This document shows positions 9,267 through 18,233 of a stretch of 52,980 nt of DNA, one piece after another. A model generated the notes under the pieces. That model worked only from the letters and a program-made list of their open reading frames with translations, did not search any database and had not been told where the DNA came from. Each line of letters begins with the position of its first letter. Position 1 is the stretch's first letter. The position numbers and the translations under genes were made by a program. The DNA comes from Desulfobacterales bacterium (GTDB lineage Bacteria; Desulfobacterota; Desulfobacteria; Desulfobacterales; JAHEIW01). The stretch lies in assembly GCA_030601425.1 (NCBI GenBank), contig JAUVTR010000001.1:1-52980 (forward strand), given 5' to 3'.

Positions 9267-10985
9267 ATGGAAAAAAAATGGCAAATACTGCAACCGGACG
9301 CCGAGGCCGTAAACGAATTGAGTGCAAGATTGCATTGCCATCCGATCACTGCGACTATTCTTCTCAACCGAAACTTGACATCCGCGCAGGAAGCCTCAAG
9401 CTTTGTCGCCGCCTCTTTGAGCAAGGTTCGCTCACCATTCAGCCTAAAAGATATGAACGGTGCGGTTCAGCGCATCTATCGTGCAATTATAGATCATGAA
9501 AAGATCTTAATCTTTGGTGATTACGATGTTGACGGCATCACCGCCACGGCTGTACTTTTGGATTTTTTCCGGGAAATCGGAGCCCGGGTATCCGCCTATA
9601 TCCCCCATCGAATAAAAGAAGGATACAGCCTGCAGACGCATCATATCCATGACTACGCTCTGCCCAACCGGATCCAATTGATTATCACCGCGGACTGCGG
9701 TTCCGGCAGCCATGATGCCATAATCGCAGCCCTCAATTCGGGGATCGATGTGATTATTACCGATCATCACACGATCTCTGAAAAAATACCTCCCGCTGCG
9801 GCCGTACTGAATCCAAAGCGTCATGATTGTCAGGCCGGCATGCAAATGCTGGCCGGTGTTGGCGTGGCCTTTTCACTCTTGATCGGTTTGCGGAAATATC
9901 TGCGAGATCTTCATTTTTGGAAAGACCGGCCGGAACCGAATCTCAAAAATCTTTGCGATCTCGTCGCTCTGGGTACGATCGGTGATAGGGTTCCCCTTGT
10001 TGAAGAAAATCGTATTTTTTCAAAAGTCGGACTTGCCCTCATAAATTCTTCAACAAGGCCCGGGTTGAGCGCCTTGCGCAAGGTGGCCGGTATTGCGAAT
10101 GAACCGACAGATGCCGAAGATATTGCTTTCAGACTGGCCCCACGATTAAACGCCGCAGGTCGCATGGATCATGCCTCGGTAGCGTTGAAGTTGCTGACAA
10201 CTGGAGACAACACCACCGCCCGGCAGCAGGCCGAATACCTGAATAGCTTGAACAGCCGACGTCAAGAACAGGAACGTTTGATCCTCGATGCTATTTTTTC
10301 AGACTTTCAGCGCTACCCGGAACGCCTCAAAAAAAGGACCCTTGTATGCTGGCATCCCGAGTGGCATCAGGGCGTAATAGGAATTGTCGCATCCCGTATC
10401 ATGGAAAGGTATTTCCGACCGGCTGTCGTGATTGCAATTGATGGCGAAATTGGCAAGGGGTCGGCCAGAAGCATCCCCGGACTGGATTTATTCAACGCTT
10501 TGCAGGACTGTCAACATTGCCTCGAAAATTTTGGCGGTCATTCGATGGCGGCCGGATTGACCATCAGAGCCAAAAAATTAGTAGAATTCCAACACGCTTT
10601 TGAAGAAGCTGTTACCCAAATGACCCGACCCGATGATTGGATACCCAAAATGACCATCGACGCCGAAATCAATTTCTCCGATATATCGGACAACCTGATC
10701 AATGAGATCGAGACCTTAAGCCCCTTTGGTAACGGAAACCCGGAACCCGTATTTATGGCTCGCGACGTTAAAGTGCTATCTTCAAAAATTGTGGGGAAAA
10801 ATCATCGCAAAATGGTGCTGGCTCAGGACGCCGGCCGTGTGCAAAATACGTTTCAAGCGATCCGGTTCAATGCCGACGGTCGAATGCAAACCGAGACAGC
10901 GTTCACCCAAATCGCTTTTCGGCTGCGGTGGAATCGCTGGAACGCAAATAAAATTTCTCAGCTGATTATTGAGGATGCCCGCTAG
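9267..10985 (+). CDS. recJ: Single-stranded-DNA-specific exonuclease RecJ
   Basis: DHH motifs (GDYDVDGITA, ITADCG, ITDHH) and DHHA1 (GGHSMAAG). I chose the ATG at 9267 (MEKKWQIL), because the ORF-track start at 9210 adds an unconserved leader. Confidence 0.92.
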   Translation: MEKKWQILQPDAEAVNELSARLHCHPITATILLNRNLTSAQEASSFVAASLSKVRSPFSLKDMNGAVQRIYRAIIDHEKILIFGDYDVDGITATAVLLDFFREIGARVSAYIPHRIKEGYSLQTHHIHDYALPNRIQLIITADCGSGSHDAIIAALNSGIDVIITDHHTISEKIPPAAAVLNPKRHDCQAGMQMLAGVGVAFSLLIGLRKYLRDLHFWKDRPEPNLKNLCDLVALGTIGDRVPLVEENRIFSKVGLALINSSTRPGLSALRKVAGIANEPTDAEDIAFRLAPRLNAAGRMDHASVALKLLTTGDNTTARQQAEYLNSLNSRRQEQERLILDAIFSDFQRYPERLKKRTLVCWHPEWHQGVIGIVASRIMERYFRPAVVIAIDGEIGKGSARSIPGLDLFNALQDCQHCLENFGGHSMAAGLTIRAKKLVEFQHAFEEAVTQMTRPDDWIPKMTIDAEINFSDISDNLINEIETLSPFGNGNPEPVFMARDVKVLSSKIVGKNHRKMVLAQDAGRVQNTFQAIRFNADGRMQTETAFTQIAFRLRWNRWNANKISQLIIEDAR

Positions 10986-11150
10986 TGTCAGGGTTCAGAG
11001 TTCAGAGGACAGAAGTCAGAGGTCAGAAAACAGAGGTCAGATGACAGAAGACAGATGGTAAGAACTGTAGGATGGAGCACCTTTTCTGACGTCTGTATCT
11101 TCTGTTTTCTGACATCTGTACTCTGTCCTCTGACACCTGACACCTAAAAC
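10985..11150. repeat. Heptad-periodic hairpin element B (GTCAGAG/GACAGAA dialect)
   Basis: Ten exact-phase heptads at 10987-11056. The reverse-complement arm is 11086-11150, about 80% complementary with one heptad indel. The loop is 11057-11085. It starts on the last base of the recJ stop codon. Confidence 0.9.
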
Positions 11151-11297
11151 GCTGGCACCTGTTTCCTGAAATTGCTGTCATCCAGCAAAAAACTTTAGGT
11201 ATATGTCGGGCGAATATTTTGCTTGCAAACAGGCGTGTTACCCATTATGATGCCACCACAATTCCGGTACTAATCATTTCAACCAGAAGGTGAAACC

Positions 11298-11720
11298 ATG
11301 GCTAAGGTATTTCGGCCAAGCACCCGCGAGGCCAGTATCCTATCCAAAATTGAATCTCAAAAAGAGTATGAACGCAAACGCGCAATTAATGCCATCAAGG
11401 ATTGCATCGATCCTCTATCCAATGCAATTGCGATGAAACTGGTAGACAGCAAACTGGTGGAAACCACCAACAAAAATGCGCTTGAAGAGCAAATCAAAGG
11501 GTGTCTGGAAAAATTGGGGCGCGCCGACGACTTTGAGATCGATTATCAATTGGCGCCGGTTCGAAACGTTGTTCCGCAGCCTCATATTGTCAGTCTATTT
11601 CTGACGTCCTTTGTCATTGAAAAGCTTATTAAGCATAAAGACGTAATAGATATTTTTGGATCAGATGAAGATATCTATCTGAATATCCATCAGCAAGTTA
11701 AAAAATTCCTACCAACATAA
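11298..11720 (+). CDS. Hypothetical 140-aa protein
   Basis: ORF with GAAGGTGA upstream. Its stop overlaps the start of the next gene (TAATG). No family recognised. Confidence 0.5.
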   Translation: MAKVFRPSTREASILSKIESQKEYERKRAINAIKDCIDPLSNAIAMKLVDSKLVETTNKNALEEQIKGCLEKLGRADDFEIDYQLAPVRNVVPQPHIVSLFLTSFVIEKLIKHKDVIDIFGSDEDIYLNIHQQVKKFLPT

Positions 11721-12742
11721 TGCGTCCGCGTTTTCACCCCAGGTTGATCAACGGGCCAAATGATGACCCCGGTTTATACGTCCCTTTTCTATTTGAAAAC
11801 CGGGCGATAATCTTTGACCTGGGTGATACCCATCCGCTGTCCACCAGAGATCTGCTCAAGATCAGCCACGCGTTCATCACCCACACGCATATCGATCATT
11901 TTATCGGTTTTGACCGAATTCTGCGCATCTTCTTAGGTCGGGAAAAAAACCTCCATCTGTACGGACCACAGGGATTTCTTAAAAATGTAGAAGGGAAATT
12001 GGCTGCCTACGCCTGGAACCTAGTTAAAAATTATAAATACAAACTTGGGCTGCATCTGACAGAAGTCCATCGCGATTATCTGCTGACCCGCGAGTACCTG
12101 TGCCAGAATGAATTTGTGCCGATCCACAATGCCGTAAAGCACGCCTTTAATGAAGTTTTATACGAAGAGCCTGCATTTAGGGTTTCGGCTGCTATTTTGG
12201 ACCACAGCATCCCCTGCCTGGGGTTTGCGATCAAAGAGCGATTCCACGTCAATATCAACAGAGACAGAATCGCTGCCTTGGAGCTTCACACCGGACCCTG
12301 GCTCACCGAATTTAAACAGGCGTTGTATGATGGCAAGGATGCTAAATCTAAATTTGAAGTTAAATCCGGCAAAGAAAAGATTCATCGATTTCGGCTGGGC
12401 GAACTGGCCGATCAGATTGCCATGATAACCCCGGGCCAGAAGATTACTTACATCGCCGATGTGGCATACAACTCAATAAATAAGAATAAAATTGTTTCCC
12501 TGGCAAAGGACTCCGATCACCTGTTTATTGAGGCCGCGTTTCTGGAAGCGCACAAAGATATTGCCGCTGAAAAAAATCATCTCACCGCCCGGCAGGCCGG
12601 CGCCCTGGCCGCAATTGCCCGGGTAAAGCAGTTTACTATTTTTCATTTTTCACCGCGCTACACCGATCAGGCGCATTTACTGCAGGAAGAAGCCAGGAAG
12701 GCCTACGAAAGTATAATGAGCCCGTCAATGGAGCAGAGCTGA
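11720..12742 (+). CDS. MBL-fold metallo-hydrolase (RNase Z-like)
   Basis: 340 aa. HTHIDH metal-binding motif, later D/H ligands and a C-terminal FHFSPRY typical of the RNase Z/BN-like branch. Confidence 0.8.
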   Translation: MRPRFHPRLINGPNDDPGLYVPFLFENRAIIFDLGDTHPLSTRDLLKISHAFITHTHIDHFIGFDRILRIFLGREKNLHLYGPQGFLKNVEGKLAAYAWNLVKNYKYKLGLHLTEVHRDYLLTREYLCQNEFVPIHNAVKHAFNEVLYEEPAFRVSAAILDHSIPCLGFAIKERFHVNINRDRIAALELHTGPWLTEFKQALYDGKDAKSKFEVKSGKEKIHRFRLGELADQIAMITPGQKITYIADVAYNSINKNKIVSLAKDSDHLFIEAAFLEAHKDIAAEKNHLTARQAGALAAIARVKQFTIFHFSPRYTDQAHLLQEEARKAYESIMSPSMEQS

Positions 12743-12820
12743 GGTCGGGGAGGCGGAAAGATGGAAACAGGCACAAATCTCAAATCATAGCGCCTCATAC
12801 CCAATTGCCAACTTCCAGCC

Positions 12821-14194
12821 TCAATCATCCACCTGATGTCCCATTTGGATCTGGATCAGGGCCAGCGGCCGGTCATCCGTATTTTCGATGCTGATGTAAC
12901 TCTGGCCTGTAAAGGTTGCAGACTGGCCGTTTTTTATGATTTGGCTCTGCTGATTGGCGCTGACCTTGGCGTTGCCGTCGAGGACGACCAGGTGGTGGGT
13001 ACTTTGGGGGGTAACGTCTAACTCCATACTGGCGCTCGGGTTCAGGACGAGCCTGGCAGTTTTGACATCACCTTTATCTTCGAGCACGGTTCGATTGCCC
13101 CAGGGGAAAATGACAGTTCGGTGCCGATGATACTCGGTGCGACCCTTTTGTTTTAGAATGGTGACAATTGATTTGACATCCCGGCTGTGCTCCATATCCG
13201 AAACAAAAATGGAGTCTGGTGTTTCCACCACAACCAGATCTTGCAGATGATTGACTGCAATGAGGCGTTCCTGGCCGAGGATAAAACAGTTTTCTGTATT
13301 TTCAACAAGGACATCCCCGTCAATCACATTTTTGTTTTCATCCTTGGGCAGGTAATCATAGAGGGATTTCCAGGAACCGATATCACTCCAGCCAAAATCC
13401 GAAGGCAGCACAACACCTTTTTCTGTTTTTTCCATAATGGCGTAATCGATGGAGATATCGGTCAGTTGATCGTAATCTTCTCTGGATATGAGTTTATGCG
13501 GATCAAAAATAGCTTCCATCTGTTTGAGTAATTCGGGCTGGTAGGTTTTAAATTCGCATAAAATGACCGAGGCTTTAAAGGCAAACATACCGCTGTTCCA
13601 GAAAAAATTGCCGGCTTTAATATATTTTTTGGCGGTTGGCAAATCGGGTTTTTCAACGAATCGCTTGAGCGCCAGGGCGCCATGTGACACTTTCTTTCCC
13701 CCTTCGACATATCCATAACCCGTCTCAGGATAATGGGGTTGAATTCCAAAGGTAACGATATACCCGTCGTTGGCTAGCTTTATGGCGGCATTGAGCCTGT
13801 CGTGGAAGCCGTCCAGATCTTTGATGACATGATCGGCCGGAAAAACGCATAGAATTGCATCCTTTTCAAAGGCCAGTATATGTAAGACGGCCAGTAAAAT
13901 TGCCGGAGCCGTATTGCGGCCGCTGGGCTCGCCAATCAATTTACCTTCCGACTTAAGGCCGAGATTTTCAATATGTTTGGCGGTTTCATGAAAATGCTGC
14001 TCGCCGCAAACCACTTTGACGTTTTCCGTATCCAGCACGGGCGGTAACCGTTTAATGGTGCCCTGCAGAAGGGAGTCATCCCCGATGAATTTGACCAGCT
14101 GTTTGGGATAGAGTTCTCTGGAGACCGGCCACAGTCGGGTCCCGGTTCCGCCCGCCAGCAGAATCGGATAAACCGTAAGGTCTAAATCCGTCAT
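12821..14194 (-). CDS. manC: Mannose-1-phosphate guanylyltransferase / mannose-6-phosphate isomerase
   Basis: 457 aa. N-terminal LAGGTGTRLWP nucleotidyltransferase motif and a C-terminal cupin (type II PMI) region. Confidence 0.9.
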   Translation of the reverse strand: MTDLDLTVYPILLAGGTGTRLWPVSRELYPKQLVKFIGDDSLLQGTIKRLPPVLDTENVKVVCGEQHFHETAKHIENLGLKSEGKLIGEPSGRNTAPAILLAVLHILAFEKDAILCVFPADHVIKDLDGFHDRLNAAIKLANDGYIVTFGIQPHYPETGYGYVEGGKKVSHGALALKRFVEKPDLPTAKKYIKAGNFFWNSGMFAFKASVILCEFKTYQPELLKQMEAIFDPHKLISREDYDQLTDISIDYAIMEKTEKGVVLPSDFGWSDIGSWKSLYDYLPKDENKNVIDGDVLVENTENCFILGQERLIAVNHLQDLVVVETPDSIFVSDMEHSRDVKSIVTILKQKGRTEYHRHRTVIFPWGNRTVLEDKGDVKTARLVLNPSASMELDVTPQSTHHLVVLDGNAKVSANQQSQIIKNGQSATFTGQSYISIENTDDRPLALIQIQMGHQVDD

Positions 14195-14253
14195 AAGACC
14201 CTCAATGTTTAGATTTTAAACGGGTGAATCATGCAAAATAATCAGGTAAAAAG

Positions 14254-14370
14254 AGTGCCTAAAATGAACTAAAATGAGCTAAAGTGCCTAAAGTTAAGGT
14301 GTCGCTTCGCTCCATCTTTTTAAATAAAAAAGACAGAATTCCTTAACTTTAGGCATTTTAGATCACTTTT
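14254..14370. repeat. Hairpin element C (GCCTAAAAT dialect) with a conserved core
   Basis: Arms are 14254-14299 and 14341-14370, whose inner 15 bp (tgcctaaagttaagg / ccttaactttaggca) are perfect. The core 14300-14340 is gtcgcttcgctccatctttttaaataaaaaagacagaatt. Confidence 0.85.
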
Positions 14371-14403
14371 AATCCCGCCTTATGGCGCTATCATTGGCGG
14401 GAC

Positions 14404-17400
14404 TCACTTGCTTTTGTAGGCGCTTCTCTTGGGTTCCGTCTTTGCTGCCATACACTGGGTTTCAACGGCGTTATAGCCCAGTAACTCATTAACTTCGTGG
14501 ATTAAGGCCCCACCGGCCTTTAGTTTCAAAGAATCCGGCAAGGCCACAATTGAGTCGGTGTTCTCAAGACTTCGCAAATGCAGGTAAGCGCGGCACCCAC
14601 CCGGATGTCCTTGTAATATTTCATGGAGTTTTGCTAGGGCCTCGCGATCGGTGCGCGAGATTTCCAGATTAAAATGGATGCTGGCCGTCCAGGTCTCCTC
14701 GGCCTTATCCATGGCGACAACCTTTTCAGCCAAAATTTTAACCGATTGTTCATCCTTTTGTACCTGTCCCTGAATCAAAACCGGATTATCCTCCACGAGC
14801 AGATCCGTCACACTGGCATACACCCTCGAAAACACCGTGGCCTCAACCGCACCGTGCAGATCCTCAATGGTGACAAAGGCCATCAAATCACCCCTTTTTG
14901 TTTTGATAATTTTGGTGCTGCGAATCAGCCCGCCGATTCGAACGGCGCCGCCGTTTGTTAACTCTTTAATGGAGATCGCATTGGCATTGGTAAATTTGTC
15001 GAGTAAATCCTCATAGCGCTTCAGGGGGTGTCCGCTGATGTAAAACCCAAGGGATTCTTTTTCAAAAGCCAGGCGCTGATTTTCCGACCATTCCTCGATT
15101 TCCGGAAAGGCCGGTGCGTTGATAACTTGTGGATTTACCGTACCGTCAAATAGCCCTATTTGAGGATCGAGGCGTTCCTTTTGCACGCGCTGGCCGTAAT
15201 CCAACGCATCTTCCAGAGACGCCATCATCTGGGAGCGGTTAAAACCGGTAGAATCAAAAGCGCCGCATTTAATGAGCGATTCAACCACCCGTTTATTTAC
15301 TTTTTTTAAATCTACCCGCTCACAAAAATCAAAAAAAGACGAGAACCCTTCGTCTCCACGGGACTCAATGATGGCCTCGATGGCACCCTCACCCACATTC
15401 TTGACCGCTACCAAACCGAACCGGATCTTATCACCATAAACATTAAAGGCTTTATCGCTGTAATTGATATCCGGTGGCAAAACCTCAATCCCGTGACTGC
15501 GACACTCAACGACGTATTTTACCACACCATCGGTGGAATGCATTTCACTGGTCAGCAATGCGGCCATAAATTCGACCGGAAAGTGGGCCTTGAGATAGGC
15601 TGTTTGATAGGCAATCAGTGCATAGGCCGCGCTGTGGGATTTGTTGAACCCGTACCCTCCGAATTTTTCCATCAGAGAAAATATCGGTGCGGCCTCATCG
15701 GAGGCAATCTCGTTTTCAGTGGCTCCATTGACAAAGCGCTCCCGGTGCTCGGCCATGATCGCTTGAATCTTTTTGCCCATGGCCTTGCGCAGATCGTCGG
15801 CTTCCGCCATAGAATAGTTGGCCAGATCGTTGGCTATTTTCATGACCTGTTCCTGATAGACGATCACGCCATAGGTTTCTTTTAAGATCGGCTCCAGCTG
15901 AGGCAAAAGATACTCCACCTTCTTTTTACCATGCTTGCGCGCCACATAATCGTCAATCATGCCGCTTTCCATCGGCCCGGGGCGATAAAGAGCCACCAAA
16001 GCGATAACATCATCAAATAATTCCGGTTTGAGCCGGACGAGCAAATCCTTCATTCCCGGACTTTCAAGCTGAAACACTCCGGTGGTATCTCCGGCAGACA
16101 GAAGGCGGTAAGTGTCTGCATCGGTCAACTCGATGTTCTCAAGATCCGGCGGGGTTTTCTGCTGGCCGGCGATTAGGGAAAGAGTGTTGGCAATGACCGT
16201 CAGGTTGCGCAGGCCCAGAAAATCAAATTTTACCAGTCCAATTTTCTCGACCATCTTCATATCGTACTGGGTCACCACCTCACCTTTTTTCCCGCGGTAA
16301 AGCGGCATATAGTTGACCAGGGGCTCGTCGGCGATGACCACACCGGCGGCATGGGTCGATGCGTGTCTTGGAAGGCCTTCTAAAACCCGGCAAATTTTGA
16401 TGAGCTCATCGATTTCAGGCTTTTGGCGCGCGAGTTCGCGCAGCCTGGGTTCCCGTGCCAGAGCCCCGTCAAGACTGATATTTAAGATATCGGGAACCAT
16501 TTTGGCGATCGCATCCACCTCCGCCAGCGGAATATCCAACGCACGACCGACATCCCGGATAACCGCCCGGGTTTTCAGTTTCCCAAAGGTAATAATCTGG
16601 GCGACATAATCCCCGCCCCCGTATTTGTCGACCACATATTTGTAAACATCTTCCCGGCCGTCGATGCAAAAGTCAACATCGATATCGGGCATGCTCTTGC
16701 GGGCCGGGTTAAGGAAACGCTCAAAAATAAGACCATGGGCGATGGGATCCAGATCGGTAATTCCCAGGCTATAAGCCACCAGACTGCCGGCGGCCGAACC
16801 CCGCCCGGGCCCGACGGGTATATCATTTTCTTTGGCGTAACGAATAAAATCAGCAACAATCAAAAAATAGCCTGAAAATCCCATATCGCGTATGACCGAT
16901 ATTTCATATTCCAGGCGATCGCGATAAAGCGCTTCATCTATTTGCGGATCCTTTTCTTTAATCCGCTGTATTCGCAGCTCAAATCCTTGCCGGACATTTT
17001 GGGCAAATAGCTCATCGCTGCTCAACTCTGACTCATCGGCAAAGCGTGGAAAGTGATATGTATTAAAATCAAAGTCGATATGACATCGGTCGGCAATATC
17101 CACGGTGTTGCTCAGCGCCCCCGGATAGTCCTTAAACGCGGCGTGCATCTCAGCTTTGGATTTGAAATAAAGCTGATCGGTCCGAAACTTAAGGCGGTCT
17201 TTATCCTGAATCGTTTTGCCGGTTTGAATGCACAGCAGCACATCATGCGCGCGCACATCTTCTTTACTCAGATAATGACAGTCATTGCTGGCCACCAGGG
17301 GAATCGACAGCCGTTGGCTGATATCTAAAAGCGTCTGATTGACCTGCTCTTGCTCTATGATCCCGTTGTTTTGTACTTCCAGAAAAAAATTATTATCCCC

Positions 17401-17910
17401 AAAAATTTCACGATACCCGCGAACCACCTCCTCAGCCTGATCGATGCGTCCCTGCTGGATGCAACGCGGGATCTCGCCGTGCAGACAGGCGGTTAAGCCG
17501 ATCAAGCCATTGCTGCAATCTTTGAGGATTTGTTTATCAATACGAGGCTTATAGTAAAAGCCTTCAAGCTGTGCAGCTGTGGCCAGCTTACACAGGTTGC
17601 GGTAACCTTCTTCATTTTTGATCAGCAAAATTAGATGCGAAAGATCTTTATTGTCCAGGGGCGTCTTATCAAACCGGGTCCTGGGAGCCACATAGATTTC
17701 GCAGCCGACAATCGGCTTTATCCCTGCCGCGGTGGCCTTTTCATAAAATTCTACCGCCCCGAACAACGTCCCGTGATCGGTAATGGTTACGGCTTTCATT
17801 TCAAATTCAGCGGCACGTCTTAAAAGATCATCAATCCGGATGGCGCCGTCTAAAAGACTATACTGGGTATGGACATGCAGATGAACAAAATCAGGAATGG
17901 CCTCGGTCAT
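14404..17910 (-). CDS. dnaE: DNA polymerase III alpha subunit
   Basis: 1168 aa. N-terminal PHP (FVHLHVHTQYSLLDG), palm/fingers (GPGRGSAAGSLVAY, PDIDVDF) and an OB fold near the C-terminus. Confidence 0.97.
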   Translation of the reverse strand: MTEAIPDFVHLHVHTQYSLLDGAIRIDDLLRRAAEFEMKAVTITDHGTLFGAVEFYEKATAAGIKPIVGCEIYVAPRTRFDKTPLDNKDLSHLILLIKNEEGYRNLCKLATAAQLEGFYYKPRIDKQILKDCSNGLIGLTACLHGEIPRCIQQGRIDQAEEVVRGYREIFGDNNFFLEVQNNGIIEQEQVNQTLLDISQRLSIPLVASNDCHYLSKEDVRAHDVLLCIQTGKTIQDKDRLKFRTDQLYFKSKAEMHAAFKDYPGALSNTVDIADRCHIDFDFNTYHFPRFADESELSSDELFAQNVRQGFELRIQRIKEKDPQIDEALYRDRLEYEISVIRDMGFSGYFLIVADFIRYAKENDIPVGPGRGSAAGSLVAYSLGITDLDPIAHGLIFERFLNPARKSMPDIDVDFCIDGREDVYKYVVDKYGGGDYVAQIITFGKLKTRAVIRDVGRALDIPLAEVDAIAKMVPDILNISLDGALAREPRLRELARQKPEIDELIKICRVLEGLPRHASTHAAGVVIADEPLVNYMPLYRGKKGEVVTQYDMKMVEKIGLVKFDFLGLRNLTVIANTLSLIAGQQKTPPDLENIELTDADTYRLLSAGDTTGVFQLESPGMKDLLVRLKPELFDDVIALVALYRPGPMESGMIDDYVARKHGKKKVEYLLPQLEPILKETYGVIVYQEQVMKIANDLANYSMAEADDLRKAMGKKIQAIMAEHRERFVNGATENEIASDEAAPIFSLMEKFGGYGFNKSHSAAYALIAYQTAYLKAHFPVEFMAALLTSEMHSTDGVVKYVVECRSHGIEVLPPDINYSDKAFNVYGDKIRFGLVAVKNVGEGAIEAIIESRGDEGFSSFFDFCERVDLKKVNKRVVESLIKCGAFDSTGFNRSQMMASLEDALDYGQRVQKERLDPQIGLFDGTVNPQVINAPAFPEIEEWSENQRLAFEKESLGFYISGHPLKRYEDLLDKFTNANAISIKELTNGGAVRIGGLIRSTKIIKTKRGDLMAFVTIEDLHGAVEATVFSRVYASVTDLLVEDNPVLIQGQVQKDEQSVKILAEKVVAMDKAEETWTASIHFNLEISRTDREALAKLHEILQGHPGGCRAYLHLRSLENTDSIVALPDSLKLKAGGALIHEVNELLGYNAVETQCMAAKTEPKRSAYKSK

Positions 17911-18131
17911 AAATCACTCGTTTCAAAATTGAATTTAGCTTGAAAAATTAAAGTTTAAATAAAGATCAATCATTTGTGAGGGCAAATGGGCAAGACTTCT
18001 ATTTATACCATAAATGAGATTTTTTTTCGATGCTCGATTTTCTGCTAAAAGACGAAGGCGCATAAACGGATTAAAAGCTAGCATGCGAGCATTTTAAGAA
18101 GCCCATAACGAAACTATTGCGCATTAGATAA

Positions 18132-18209
18132 CGAGAACGAGGACGACGACGAGTACGAAGCGAGAAGGAACGTTGTCTAACCTCGTATTCGTCGTCGTCC
18201 TCGTCCTCG
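18132..18209. repeat. Hairpin element D (GAGGACGAC dialect)
   Basis: 18132-18160 pairs with 18181-18209 at 26 of 29 positions, with a 20-nt loop. Lies 25 nt downstream of the guaB stop. Confidence 0.85.
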
Positions 18210-18233
18210 AGAATGGCATTTTTGAGATGGGTT

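Noticed and set aside
8872-11150. Periodic repeats in the spacers flanking recJ (and similar loci), considered as CRISPR arrays
   Set aside because: The period is 7-10 nt with no unique spacers. The units are degenerate and arranged as inverted blocks, and no cas genes or leader are present.
11153-11158. TGGCAC hexamers as sigma-54 -24 elements (11153, 51321, and TGGCAT at 4966)
   Set aside because: No TTGC -12 element lies at the required spacing. The 4966 site is off by one, and the other two have no GC dinucleotide in register.
14404-17910. Many 60-160-aa ORFs antisense to or out of frame within dnaE (and likewise within rpsA, alaS, guaB, miaB, manC, the oxidoreductase genes and recA)
   Set aside because: They lie entirely inside long, well-supported genes. 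They have low-complexity or atypical composition and no RBS, which are typical shadow-ORF features.
18139-18153. The gaggacgacgacgag tract as coding for an acidic peptide
   Set aside because: No start codon or RBS is present, stops occur in frame nearby, and the exact complementary arm 40 nt downstream explains the sequence as a hairpin.
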